Source: Candidatus Poribacteria bacterium
Lineage (GTDB): Bacteria; Poribacteria; WGA-4E; WGA-3G
Assembly (NCBI GenBank): GCA_022394755.1
Contig: JAGFCA010000015.1
Span: 44,693-108,692 of the forward strand
Length of the DNA stretch: 64,000 nt
Direction of reading: 5' to 3'
Shown here: piece by piece, positions 29,609 to 40,092 of the stretch
Position numbering within the stretch: position 1 is the first letter of the stretch
Layout of the letters: every line of letters starts with the position of its first letter
The notes under the pieces: model-generated
Seen by the model: only the letters and a program-made list of their open reading frames with translations
Told to the model about the DNA's origin: nothing
Database searches by the model: none
Program-made: the position numbers and the translations under genes

Positions 29609-30676
29609 ATGGATAACACTGTCGAACACATTATAAATAAAGCCCTTGATGGTGGTCGTTTGAATTTTGATGACGCACATACACTTTTTAAAAGTTATGA
29701 CCTACTCCCGTTAGGACAGGCAGCTGATGTCATTCGGCAGCGGAAACACCCTGAAGGAAATATAACATACATTGTCGATCGAAATATAAACTACACCAAC
29801 TGGTGTTATGTTGATTGTGATTTTTGCGCATTTTACCGCCACCGAAAAGATCCAGATGCATATGTCATGGAACGAGACGAACTTGGACAGAAAATACAAG
29901 AAACTATAGATTTAGGTGGTGAACTCATACTTATGCAGGGCGGCTTGCACCCAAAACTCAAATTGGATTGGTATGAAGATTTACTTAGATGGATTAAGTC
30001 TAACTATAAAATTCATGTCCACGGTTTTTCCCCACCCGAATTGGATTGGTTTGCAAAAATTAACCGTATGTCACTAAAAGATATTCTTTCCCGTCTTCGT
30101 GATGCAGGTTTGGATTCAATTCCTGGTGGAGGGGCTGAAATATTAACTGACCATTCAAGAAATATCATTAGTCCAAAAAAATGTACTGCAGATGAATGGC
30201 TTGAAGTCATGAGACAAGGTCATCTCGTCGGACTAAAATCAAGTGCTACAATGATGTATGGACATGTTGAGAGTTATGCTGAACGAGTTGAACATCTCAT
30301 GAGACTTCGCGATCTTCAAGATGAAACAGGTGGGTTTACTGCATTTATTTGCTGGTCATTCCAACCCAGCAATACTGAACTCTCAGATATTCCACCGGCA
30401 GGAAGTTTCGAGTATCTCAAAACATTAGCAATTTCACGTTTAGTGCTTGATAACATTGATAACTTCCAATCCTCGTGGGTTACCCAAGGACCGAAAATAG
30501 GACAACTCTCATTAAAATTTGGTGCTAACGATATGGGCGGAACGATGATTGAAGAGAATGTCGTTAGTAAAGCAGGTACGGTCTATTGTATGCCGATAGA
30601 AGAAATTGAACGTACCATTTCTGAATTAGGTTTTATTCCCAAACGGCGAAATTTCTTCTATGACATCCTAAATTAA
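29609..30676 (+). CDS. mqnC: Cyclic dehypoxanthine futalosine synthase (radical SAM)
   Basis: TYIVDRNINYTNWCYVDCDFCAFYR, QGGLHP, SIPGGGAEIL, QSSWVTQG, MIEENVV. Confidence 0.93.
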   Translation: MDNTVEHIINKALDGGRLNFDDAHTLFKSYDLLPLGQAADVIRQRKHPEGNITYIVDRNINYTNWCYVDCDFCAFYRHRKDPDAYVMERDELGQKIQETIDLGGELILMQGGLHPKLKLDWYEDLLRWIKSNYKIHVHGFSPPELDWFAKINRMSLKDILSRLRDAGLDSIPGGGAEILTDHSRNIISPKKCTADEWLEVMRQGHLVGLKSSATMMYGHVESYAERVEHLMRLRDLQDETGGFTAFICWSFQPSNTELSDIPPAGSFEYLKTLAISRLVLDNIDNFQSSWVTQGPKIGQLSLKFGANDMGGTMIEENVVSKAGTVYCMPIEEIERTISELGFIPKRRNFFYDILN

Positions 30677-32628
30677 CGATAGTCCTCATGAATCCAAGGT
30701 TTTGCTATCATTTTCTGACTTGCAAACCAATTATCATAAGCTTGCTGTTTTTTTGTTTGTAAAAGACTCTTTAACCGTTCCTTTTTCTGTGTAGGATCTT
30801 TTGCAAACAGTTCTATATCTGCTTCTACCCGTTCGGTCAATTCGATAATATAGGATGATGAATCACCAGCCAAAGGTCCTTTTACATCCCCTACACTCAT
30901 ATTAAAAGCAGCAAACATAACTTCTTTTGAGTTACCCATACCAGAAACATAAGAACTTCCAGGGGTAAGATTAAAGAGGTTACTTTCTTGAACTGTTTTC
31001 TGGTCTGAAGATTCACCCTCTGGAACAGTATATTTTTTAATCAAATCATCTAATGATTCACCATCTGCCTTCTGTTTAACTAATTCCTGTGCAGCTGCCA
31101 TAGCAAGTTCTTCTGCTTTAATATCTCGCAGGTCGTCAATTACTTGATTCTTCACATCATCAAAAGAAGGGATTGCTGCGGGTTTCTTCCCAAGTATTTT
31201 CGCCACATAAAATCCGGTAACATCACCATTGTACTTCTTTGATTCAATTGTATTAATTACACCGACTTCCATATCATAAAGACCCTCAAGTAATCCTTGA
31301 TTATTCCACTTGGAACCAATTATTGGAATACTTACAACATCTTTTTCAAAAAAACCAGTTTCAGATACATTTAGTGAAAGATCTTTATAAGTTTCAAGTC
31401 CAATGGCAGTCTCAAAATCTTCTACTTCAATATCAAACAATAAATCGTCAGCCACTCTTTTGGCTTTATCAACTCCAACGACTTTAACCACCTTTCCACG
31501 TATTTCGTTCTCCACTTCAGGAAAAGGTTTTATACTCCCTTGTAATTTCTCCTCTAATTTGATGATATGGTACCCAAAAGATGTTTCAACCAACCCGCTA
31601 ACTTCACCAGGTTGCAGTACATCAAAGCAGGTCTCTTCAAACGGTTTTACCATATCGCCACGAGCGAAATAATCTCCTGGCGGGAGATTAGGATTACCTC
31701 CTCGTAAAGCTCCTCCATTAGCACCAGATGGCCCCTCTGAATGTGTTTTCGCTAAATCCGCGAAAGATGCTCCTGAAGCCAATTCAGCATTGACAGTTTT
31801 CAATAACTCTTCTGCAGCAGTTTTTATTTCTGCTTTTTCTTCATCTGTTGCATCATTAGGCAAGTTTTTCAAGATGTGTCGTGCTTTTACAACCTCTGGC
31901 GTGGTAAATTCACTCTGATTTTGGGTATAGTAGTTCTCAATATCTGTCTGAGTAACAAATTCTTCTGGATTAACCCGAATAAATTTGACATTAATCTGTT
32001 CTTCGTTTTTATATTTTACTTTGTTTTCTTGGAAATACTGTTCAGCCTCAGCATCATCAACCTTGACATTAGAAGTATAATCACTATGTCGAAATTCGAT
32101 ATATTTGACTTTTGCTTTTTCAGATTCAAGACGAAATGCTTGTTCAGCTTCAATATCTGTCACCAATTCAAGCCCTTGTATATTGTCCCTTAGGAGTGTA
32201 GAGCTAAGTTGTTGCCGAATATTTTGCTTATACAATTCTGCAACTCCAAAACCTTCATACTGATTGTATGTTTGAACACGTCCGCTATCACTCCGTATAT
32301 ATCGTTCAACTTCGGCATCACTAATCTTAGCACTACCTTCAATTGCACGCCTGACTAAGAAATCAATTATCTCATTTTGTATATTCTTCTCGTCTGGTTC
32401 TCCACCATACTGCTGATTTCGCCGTGATTGAAGCTGATCTGAGACCATCTTCTCAAAATTACCACGGGAAACCTCTAAAGATTGTATCTTTAGAACTACT
32501 TCTTCCTCAGTACCATCCCCTTGTCCACCGGAACCACTATAGAGTAAAATAGATCCTACCACGAAGACAATAGCAATGACCCACATAAATATCTGGGCTA
32601 TGAATTTCTCCCGAAGAAAGATAATCAT
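30673..32628 (-). CDS. ppiD: PpiD-like membrane-anchored peptidyl-prolyl isomerase/chaperone
   Basis: N-terminal TM; SurA-like domain; rotamase motifs VKARHIL...FADLAKTHS...MVKPFE...VETSFGYHIIK. Confidence 0.8.
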   Translation of the reverse strand: MIIFLREKFIAQIFMWVIAIVFVVGSILLYSGSGGQGDGTEEEVVLKIQSLEVSRGNFEKMVSDQLQSRRNQQYGGEPDEKNIQNEIIDFLVRRAIEGSAKISDAEVERYIRSDSGRVQTYNQYEGFGVAELYKQNIRQQLSSTLLRDNIQGLELVTDIEAEQAFRLESEKAKVKYIEFRHSDYTSNVKVDDAEAEQYFQENKVKYKNEEQINVKFIRVNPEEFVTQTDIENYYTQNQSEFTTPEVVKARHILKNLPNDATDEEKAEIKTAAEELLKTVNAELASGASFADLAKTHSEGPSGANGGALRGGNPNLPPGDYFARGDMVKPFEETCFDVLQPGEVSGLVETSFGYHIIKLEEKLQGSIKPFPEVENEIRGKVVKVVGVDKAKRVADDLLFDIEVEDFETAIGLETYKDLSLNVSETGFFEKDVVSIPIIGSKWNNQGLLEGLYDMEVGVINTIESKKYNGDVTGFYVAKILGKKPAAIPSFDDVKNQVIDDLRDIKAEELAMAAAQELVKQKADGESLDDLIKKYTVPEGESSDQKTVQESNLFNLTPGSSYVSGMGNSKEVMFAAFNMSVGDVKGPLAGDSSSYIIELTERVEADIELFAKDPTQKKERLKSLLQTKKQQAYDNWFASQKMIAKPWIHEDYR

Positions 32629-32761
32629 TTGTTGTTTATTCTCCTATATTTGTAATGATGCTAATATTTAATGATACTCTATCACTCAATAGATTTCAAT
32701 TAATTTTTCTTTTAACACTTGCATTTAGTTTTGATTTAACATATAATTTGCATCAGTACCA

Positions 32762-33667
32762 ATGGTTATAGATAATATCAGTGATTTTTGTTTAAAATAC
32801 ACATTAGAATCTGGACAATCATTTAGATGGAGTCGGATTGATGATTCTTACTACGGTGTTGTCAATGGTAAAATACTCAGACTCCAACAAAAAACCACAA
32901 GTGCTTTAATAATTGAGAGTTCTTGTATTGAAGATGAACGAGTCTTCACAGAGTTCCTCTTTCATTATTTAGACTTGAATCGGGATTTGGCATCAATATT
33001 AAATGCTGTACGTGTAGATGGCTATATTGCAAAGGCAATTGAACATTTCTGGGGAATGCGCGTCCTGAATCAGGAATTATGGGAAACAATAGCATCCTTT
33101 ATTCTTTCTCAAAACAATAATATCAAACGTATTCGAAATCTCATTCGTACACTCGCTGAAAAATTCGGAGAAAAAATAGAATTTAACGGTTATATAGATT
33201 ATACATTTCCTACACCAAAGGCACTTGCAGAAGCAGGAATTGAGGAAATATTTTCTTGTGGAACAGGGTACCGAGCAAGATATTTATGGGGTGCAGCAGC
33301 AAAGATTACCAAGAAAGAACTCTTACTTGATAAATTAAAAAGATTAACCTATACTGAAGCAAAAAAAGAATTGATGAATCTTGAGGGAGTAGGGGAGAAA
33401 GTCGCCGATTGCATTTGTCTGTTTTCACTCGGACATCTTGAAGCATTGCCAATTGATGTATGGATAAAACGAATTTTTGAACGGATATATTTACAGAAAA
33501 AAACAAGTGTGACTGAAATTCGTCAATTTGCATATGACTATTTTGGTGAATACATCGGTTATGCACAGCAATATCTGTTTCATTATGCACAAAATAATGA
33601 TAATTGGGCTGCCCCTGAAAAGTTGGCATTAAAAGATATAAATATTGTGAATTATGATAAGATGTAG
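32762..33667 (+). CDS. ogg: 8-oxoguanine DNA glycosylase (Ogg1-like)
   Basis: TLESGQSFRW, SFILSQNNNIKRI, GYRA, GVGEKVADCICLF, PIDVW, GYAQQYLF. Confidence 0.92.
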   Translation: MVIDNISDFCLKYTLESGQSFRWSRIDDSYYGVVNGKILRLQQKTTSALIIESSCIEDERVFTEFLFHYLDLNRDLASILNAVRVDGYIAKAIEHFWGMRVLNQELWETIASFILSQNNNIKRIRNLIRTLAEKFGEKIEFNGYIDYTFPTPKALAEAGIEEIFSCGTGYRARYLWGAAAKITKKELLLDKLKRLTYTEAKKELMNLEGVGEKVADCICLFSLGHLEALPIDVWIKRIFERIYLQKKTSVTEIRQFAYDYFGEYIGYAQQYLFHYAQNNDNWAAPEKLALKDINIVNYDKM

Positions 33668-33691
33668 TACATATTATATTAGGAGAGATTA

Positions 33692-34054
33692 ATGTCTGAA
33701 ATAAGCAATAAGAATGTCGTTTCAATCTTGGAAGAACATGTTGAACATGCTATCTCAACTGTCAAGACCTTAAGAGACCAGAAACTTGAACTTGAGGCAG
33801 AAATTGCCCGTCTTAGCAGCGATCTAATGCAACGGGATGCCAAAATACAAGAATTGGAATCAGAAATTTCTGAATTAAAAGAAACATCCGAATTAGCTCG
33901 ACAAGCAAGCGAAGATGAAAGAGCTGGAATTCGCGCACAACTTGAAGGACTCATGCAGGGTCTGGCTGAACCCGATGGAAATGAAGTTGACGTTGTGGAA
34001 GAATCAGAAAATTCTGAAAACGAAGTTACGTTTTCTCGAAAAAATGATGTATAA
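33692..34054 (+). CDS. ZapB-like coiled-coil protein
   Basis: LEEHVEHAISTVKTLR..KLELE and ..IRAQLEGLM resemble the ZapB termini; RBS aggaga. Confidence 0.55.
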   Translation: MSEISNKNVVSILEEHVEHAISTVKTLRDQKLELEAEIARLSSDLMQRDAKIQELESEISELKETSELARQASEDERAGIRAQLEGLMQGLAEPDGNEVDVVEESENSENEVTFSRKNDV

Positions 34055-34105
34055 CAGCTCTATATTTAAAGTTTGCAGCTCTATATTAAAGTGATGTGGT
34101 AATCG

Positions 34106-35242
34106 GTGCGTGTCTTAGTTCTTTCTCATTCATATATTATGACACCGTACCGGAGAAAGTTCACTCTTATAGCAGCAAAACCAGATATCAATATACGGGT
34201 ACTCACGCCTAATAAATGGTACGAGAGTTTTCAAGAAATTGACTTCGTTGCGGATGAAAATACTAAATGTGATGAAGTTCCTTGTCCTATTCGCTTTTCT
34301 GGTTATGGAAGTCGATTTTATTATAAAGGTAATATAGCAAAGCATTTTAAGGACTTTAAACCCGATATTATTCACCTTGAAGAGGAAGCATGGAGTCTAA
34401 ATGCTCTGCAGACTGTACGTCTAAAACGTAAATATTGCCCAAATAGTAAATTTATCTTCCGCACATCTCTTAGTATCCCATCAAAACAACGGTTTGGTCC
34501 TCTGCCAATTTGGATTGAAAAACGTATATTCCAAGAAACAGATATTGCTTTCCCTTTAAGCATAAATGCTGGTGAAATTTTGAAACAAAGAGGGTACAAA
34601 GGCGCACAAATACCCTTTCCTAATGGTGTTGATATATCTCTATTTAATAAAAGGGATATACCGGAATTAAAAAACACTCTTGACATTAATGAATGTTTTG
34701 TCATCGGTTATATTGGCAGAATAATTCAAATGAAAGGGATTGATACTCTAATTGAAGCTGCTGCTAAGTTAGATTTCCCTTATAAATTATTGATTGTTGG
34801 TAAAGGGGAAGACAAACCAATATTCGAATCCCTCGCTAAAAAGTATCAAATCAATCAAAATATTATTTGGATTGATGCTGTCCCTCCTGAAAAAGTACCT
34901 GATTATCTCAATTGCATGAATACGCTAATTCTCCCCTCTCGTACCACTTCGGATTGGGTGGAGTTTTTCGGTAGAGTACTAATTGAAGGGATGGCTTGTG
35001 AAGTACCAGTCATCGGATCTGATTCTGGTGAAATACCCCATGTCATCGGAGATGCCGGCTTTGTATTCAAAGAAGGTGATGCCTCTGAATTAGCTGGAAA
35101 AATAAATAAAATCGCTGATGACCCGATACTTTACAACTCTTTTCAAAAAAGAGGATTAGAAAGAGTACAAGAATTTACATGGGAAACAATTGCACAACGA
35201 ACTTACGATGTCTATCAGGACTTATTGGCGGATAGAGTTTAG
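34106..35242 (+). CDS. GT4-family glycosyltransferase
   Basis: PNGVD, GYIGRI..KG, EFFGRVLIEGMACEVPVIGSDSG. Confidence 0.92.
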   Translation: MRVLVLSHSYIMTPYRRKFTLIAAKPDINIRVLTPNKWYESFQEIDFVADENTKCDEVPCPIRFSGYGSRFYYKGNIAKHFKDFKPDIIHLEEEAWSLNALQTVRLKRKYCPNSKFIFRTSLSIPSKQRFGPLPIWIEKRIFQETDIAFPLSINAGEILKQRGYKGAQIPFPNGVDISLFNKRDIPELKNTLDINECFVIGYIGRIIQMKGIDTLIEAAAKLDFPYKLLIVGKGEDKPIFESLAKKYQINQNIIWIDAVPPEKVPDYLNCMNTLILPSRTTSDWVEFFGRVLIEGMACEVPVIGSDSGEIPHVIGDAGFVFKEGDASELAGKINKIADDPILYNSFQKRGLERVQEFTWETIAQRTYDVYQDLLADRV

Positions 35243-35310
35243 ACAACGCAATCTTAGACAACATAATTAAAAATGAATAAAATTGTTTGGAATTTGCAAA
35301 GTTGGAAGGA

Positions 35311-35393
35311 TGCCCCCGACTGGACTCGAACCAGCATGCCAATTAAGGCACAGGCCCTCAACCTGCCGTGTATACCAATTCCACCACAGGGGC
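35311..35393 (-). tRNA. tRNA-Leu(GAG)
   Basis: GCCCCTGTGGTGGAATTGGTATACACGGCAGGTTGAGGGCCTG...GGTTCGAGTCC. Confidence 0.95.
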
Positions 35394-35408
35394 ATTAAAA
35401 CATATATT

Positions 35409-35437
35409 ATTATACTTTTTAACTGTCTATTTGTCAA
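35409..35437 (-). promoter_or_regulatory. Consensus sigma70 promoter of tRNA-Leu
   Basis: TTGACA-17 bp-TATAAT. Confidence 0.8.
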
Positions 35438-35669
35438 ATATTTTGAGCTTATCCAGAATGTCTAAAGTTGATGGAATTTACAAAAACAGAAATAGAACAA
35501 TTCACACTTTTATCCAATATAGGAATGTCAAACAATGGTATAATGGTATAATCTGCGAGAAAATTACCTTGAATATGTGTAATCCAAAAAATCTATAACA
35601 AGATTAGGAATCCACTTCATAGATCAAAAACCGATGATACATTGGAACTTATAATAGGATTATAAATAT

Positions 35670-38606
35670 ATGCAGAATTCTGAGCAAACATTAGAGCAAG
35701 TCCTTACAAATGAAATTGAAGGAGAAGTAAGGTTTGATGCATACTCTCAAGCACTATATAGCACAGACGCCAGTCTTTATCAAATTGATCCAATTGGTGT
35801 TGTCGTGCCAAAGAACACGCAAGATGTAAATAAAACTGTTCAGATAGCTGCACAAAGAAAAATTCCAATTCTCCCTCGAGGGGGAGGAACAAGCCTTGCA
35901 GGACAAAGTGTTGGTGAAGCAATTGTAATTGATATGTCTAAGTTCATGAACGAGTGTTTAGAAATTAACGCTGATGAACATTGGGCACGTGTTCAACCTG
36001 GAATTGTCCTTGATGAACTAAATCACCAACTAAAACCACATGGATTGATGTATGCTCCTGATGTAGCAACAAGTAGCCGTGCAAACGTTGGTGGTACAAT
36101 AGGAAATAATTCTGCTGGTTCTCACTCTCTCATTTATGGTAAAACCATAGACCATGTCATGTCTCTTGACCTGATTCTTGCAAATGGTGATGAAATCGCG
36201 GCTGCCCCTTTATCTTTACAAGACTTAGAAGTAAAAAAGGAATCTTCTACCTTAGAAGGGAATATCTATCGGGAACTCTGCCGAATTTGTTCTGACAACG
36301 AGGATGAAATTCGTAAAAGATACCCAAAAATTCTTCGAAGAGTTGCAGGCTACAACCTGGACGAATTTGTTACAGATGCTGGTTCAAAAGAGGTAACACC
36401 CTACCGTCGGGACGGATGTGATACTGACCATCCATTTAACTTAGCTAAAATAGTTGTTGGTTCAGAAGGCACATTGACAACTATTGTCGAAGCAAAAATC
36501 AATTTAGTTCCTATTCCCAAGAACACGTGCTTATGCGTTGTTCATTTTGACTCTCTAATTACTTCAATGGAGGCAATGCAGCCTATATTAGATTGCAAAC
36601 CTACTGCTGTTGAACTAATTGATAAAACAATACTTAGTATGGCACAGGGGTCAATAGAATTCTCAAGACTAACAAGCTTTATCCAAGGAAAGCCTGAAGC
36701 ACTACTCGCTGTGGAATTTTATGGTGAAAATGATGATGAACTTAACACACAGATTGACAAGCTTGAAGATACATTGAAACTTGAGAATTTTGGATATGCT
36801 TTTGTCAGATGTTTTACTGCTGAAGAAAAAGCACAGGTTTGGGAAACCAGAAAAGCTGGGCTCGGGTTACTTATGGGTATGAAAGGGGATGCAAAACCGA
36901 TAGGATTTGTCGAAGATGCAGCTGTGGCTATTGAAAAACTACCAGAATATGTCACTCGATTCGATAAAATCGTCAAAAAGCATGATACAACAGCATCATA
37001 CTACGCTCATGCAAGTGTTGGACTCCTTCATAACCGTCCTGTAATAAACCTAAAATCAGAATCTGATATTCACAAGATGCATAGTATAGCAAGAGAAGTA
37101 AGGGACTTACTTTTAGATCTTGGTGGTGCAATGAGTGGTGAACATGGGGATGGTCTGGTTCGAAGTGAATGGATCGAAAGTATGTTCGGACCACAAATCT
37201 ATCAAGCACTCCGAGATGTAAAAAACGCTTTTGATCCTGACGGGATTATGAATCCAGGAAAGATTATCGACCCACCTTCTATGACTGAAAATCTACGTTT
37301 CGGTCCAAAATATAACACAATTAACATTGAAACATATTTTGATTATTCCGCTCAGGATGGATTCAACCGTGCAATTGAAATGTGTAATGGCGTCGGGGCA
37401 TGTCGAAAAACACTTACGGGAACAATGTGTCCTTCATTCATTGCAACACGCGAAGAGGAACATTCTACACGAGGACGGGCAAATGCACTTAGGTCAGTTA
37501 TTTCTGGTTCATTACCCACTACTGATTTTACCAGCGAAAGACTATACGATGTTCTCGATCTGTGTTTAGGTTGTAAAGCATGTAAGGCTGAATGTCCTTC
37601 AAACGTTGACATGGCAAAAATCAAGTATGAAGTGATGGCACATTACCGAAAAGCAAATGGACTCCCGCTACGGAATAGACTATTTGGAGAAATCGGATCG
37701 TTGGCAGGTTTAGGTTCAACATTTGCTCCCTTCTCCAATTGGGCTACAAATAATCCATTATCTAAATGGTTCGCTGAAAAACTGATGGGAATTGACAGAC
37801 GAAGAGATATGCCTACTTTTGTACATTCTACTTTCGAAAATTGGTTCAAAAAACGCAGATCCCAAAATTCTTCTGATAAAAAAGTTGTTCTCTTCCACGA
37901 TACATTTATGAATTATAGTGAACCAAATATTGGAAAAGCTACTGTTCACGTTTTAGAATCTGCAGGTTATGAAGTAATACTACCTGAGAAACGTTGTTGT
38001 GGAAGACCTCTAATATCAGAAGGTATGTTGGATAGAGCTATAGATAACGCGAATTTTAATATTGATCAACTACATAAATATACTGAGAAAGGAATTCCAA
38101 TAGTTGGATGTGAACCAAGTTGTACTTCTGCATTAAATGACGATTACGTCGATCTTATCAACACTCCAAAGGCAAGGCAGGTCGCAGACGCTACTTTTTC
38201 AATAGAGGAATTCTTGGTTAAAGTAACACAAGACGAAAACATACAATTATTATTTAATGAACAAGCAAAAGATATCCTATTGCACGGACACTGCCACCAA
38301 CGCGCTCTTGTCGGAGCTCAACCTGTGAAACAAATGCTTGAAATACCAGGAAATTCGGTCGACATTATTGATTCAAGTTGTTGCGGTATGGCAGGTTCGT
38401 TTGGCTACGAAAAATCGCATTATGACATCTCAATGCGTATTGGAGAACTACGCTTATTCCCATCTATCCGTGAAACAAGTGGTGACTGTACATTAACAGC
38501 ATCAGGTTTTTCATGTCGACATCAAATAGAACACGGAACTGGTATTCTACCAAAACACCCTATTGAAGTGCTTAGTGAGGCCATTGAAGATAACTACGGT
38601 TTATAG
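35670..38606 (+). CDS. FAD-binding and Fe-S oxidoreductase (YdiJ/GlcD-GlpC fusion, D-2-hydroxyacid dehydrogenase-like)
   Basis: YSTDAS, PRGGGTSLAGQ, GEHGDG, CNGVGAC, CLGCKACKAECP, CCG domains. Confidence 0.92.
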   Translation: MQNSEQTLEQVLTNEIEGEVRFDAYSQALYSTDASLYQIDPIGVVVPKNTQDVNKTVQIAAQRKIPILPRGGGTSLAGQSVGEAIVIDMSKFMNECLEINADEHWARVQPGIVLDELNHQLKPHGLMYAPDVATSSRANVGGTIGNNSAGSHSLIYGKTIDHVMSLDLILANGDEIAAAPLSLQDLEVKKESSTLEGNIYRELCRICSDNEDEIRKRYPKILRRVAGYNLDEFVTDAGSKEVTPYRRDGCDTDHPFNLAKIVVGSEGTLTTIVEAKINLVPIPKNTCLCVVHFDSLITSMEAMQPILDCKPTAVELIDKTILSMAQGSIEFSRLTSFIQGKPEALLAVEFYGENDDELNTQIDKLEDTLKLENFGYAFVRCFTAEEKAQVWETRKAGLGLLMGMKGDAKPIGFVEDAAVAIEKLPEYVTRFDKIVKKHDTTASYYAHASVGLLHNRPVINLKSESDIHKMHSIAREVRDLLLDLGGAMSGEHGDGLVRSEWIESMFGPQIYQALRDVKNAFDPDGIMNPGKIIDPPSMTENLRFGPKYNTINIETYFDYSAQDGFNRAIEMCNGVGACRKTLTGTMCPSFIATREEEHSTRGRANALRSVISGSLPTTDFTSERLYDVLDLCLGCKACKAECPSNVDMAKIKYEVMAHYRKANGLPLRNRLFGEIGSLAGLGSTFAPFSNWATNNPLSKWFAEKLMGIDRRRDMPTFVHSTFENWFKKRRSQNSSDKKVVLFHDTFMNYSEPNIGKATVHVLESAGYEVILPEKRCCGRPLISEGMLDRAIDNANFNIDQLHKYTEKGIPIVGCEPSCTSALNDDYVDLINTPKARQVADATFSIEEFLVKVTQDENIQLLFNEQAKDILLHGHCHQRALVGAQPVKQMLEIPGNSVDIIDSSCCGMAGSFGYEKSHYDISMRIGELRLFPSIRETSGDCTLTASGFSCRHQIEHGTGILPKHPIEVLSEAIEDNYGL

Positions 38607-38637
38607 GGTTAAGACCCTATACAAGGAGATTTGATCA

Positions 38638-40092
38638 ATGCGGAAAATCTTTGAACCGCTTGAAGACTTTAAAACTATTGACTTACCTGAAAAGGAATTA
38701 CCTTTTTGGAAAATAGCTGGTCCCGGCGCAATCTTAGTTGGCTTATCTATTGGGGCAGGGGAAATTGTAATTTGGCCACGAATCGCCGCTGAATACGGCG
38801 GCAGTATGGTTTGGGCGGCAGTTTTCGGTGTTTTTCTACAACTATGGATTAACTTTGAAGTCGGTAGATGGACAATCGCTACTGGTGAAACTGTATATAC
38901 TGGATATAGTCGGATTTGGAGAGGATTTGGACCTCTCTTCATCTTACTTATTGTCGTCGGTTGGATTGCTCCAGGATGGGCACGTGAATCGGGGGCAGCC
39001 CTCAAGGCTCTCATTTTTCATTCAAAATGGATGGAAGGAACATTCTGGGGTTCTGATACTTTTTGGACTATAATTACTTTCTCTCTGGCATCACTTATCC
39101 TGTTCGGACCTAAAATGGTTTATCAGTCTGTTGAACACACTATTGAAATTCTTGTTGCTGTGGTAACAGTAGGACTTATACTTGTTGCTATTTTAGTTGG
39201 TTCTTGGGACACATGGAAGGAATTAGGGACTGGTATAGTTAATGTTGGGTACAAAGATCCTGATATGTCAGTTAAAGCATTATTCATTGCTCTGGTTTTT
39301 GCAGGTGCTGGTGGCACAGCGAATCTATTCTATACTTTCTACCTACGTGATAAAAACATCGGAATGGGGGCAAGAATTCCAGGGCTCCGAAATCCACTAC
39401 GCGGACGTACCGAAAAAGTTCCAGCAAGTGGGTTTCTCTTTGAGGACACAGATGACAATAGACGTCGTTTTGCCGACTGGTGGCGTTATATTAAAAGTGA
39501 CCAACTCCTCTTCTTTTGGGCGTTAAATACATTTACAATTCTACTCTTTATATTCGGGGCACTTGCAGTTTTACGACCTGAGGGAATCGTGCCTGACAAG
39601 AGTCAACTTATTTATGATGAAGCGAATATCTTAGCAAAAAGTTTCGGAGAATTTGGACGACGTATCTTTCTTATGGTTGGGGTTGCAACCCTTTTCGGGA
39701 CACAACTCGCTCTGCTCGATGGTGTAGGACGTTCAATTTCAGATATTATATATACCAACTTTAAAAAAGCACAAAAACGCGCTATGAGTTGGTGGTATCT
39801 ACTCATTGTTGGAATATGGATCGTCGCAGGAATTGTTATTACCTTTATCATGGAACAGTTAAATGTTAGTGGTCTCGGTTTCCTTTTCAGTGCCGCATAT
39901 ATGGGCGGATTTGCTATGGCAATCTATGTGCCACTAACTTTGTATATGAATTATCGTTTTTTACCTGGATTTGCAAGACCTAAAACTTTATCAACTATTA
40001 TGATGCTAATTGCATCTGCTGTTTACATTGGATTTGCCATTGCCAGTATAATTTGGGAAATCAATCGACTCATAGGAGGACTAAATGGATAA
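38638..40092 (+). CDS. Nramp-superfamily (APC-fold) transporter
   Basis: GPGAILVGLSIGAGEIVIWP; about 11 TM helices. Confidence 0.8.
   Translation: MRKIFEPLEDFKTIDLPEKELPFWKIAGPGAILVGLSIGAGEIVIWPRIAAEYGGSMVWAAVFGVFLQLWINFEVGRWTIATGETVYTGYSRIWRGFGPLFILLIVVGWIAPGWARESGAALKALIFHSKWMEGTFWGSDTFWTIITFSLASLILFGPKMVYQSVEHTIEILVAVVTVGLILVAILVGSWDTWKELGTGIVNVGYKDPDMSVKALFIALVFAGAGGTANLFYTFYLRDKNIGMGARIPGLRNPLRGRTEKVPASGFLFEDTDDNRRRFADWWRYIKSDQLLFFWALNTFTILLFIFGALAVLRPEGIVPDKSQLIYDEANILAKSFGEFGRRIFLMVGVATLFGTQLALLDGVGRSISDIIYTNFKKAQKRAMSWWYLLIVGIWIVAGIVITFIMEQLNVSGLGFLFSAAYMGGFAMAIYVPLTLYMNYRFLPGFARPKTLSTIMMLIASAVYIGFAIASIIWEINRLIGGLNG

Noticed and set aside
32762-33667. Ogg1-like glycosylase as a eukaryote-derived novelty
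   Set aside because: Bacterial Ogg homologs are well known.
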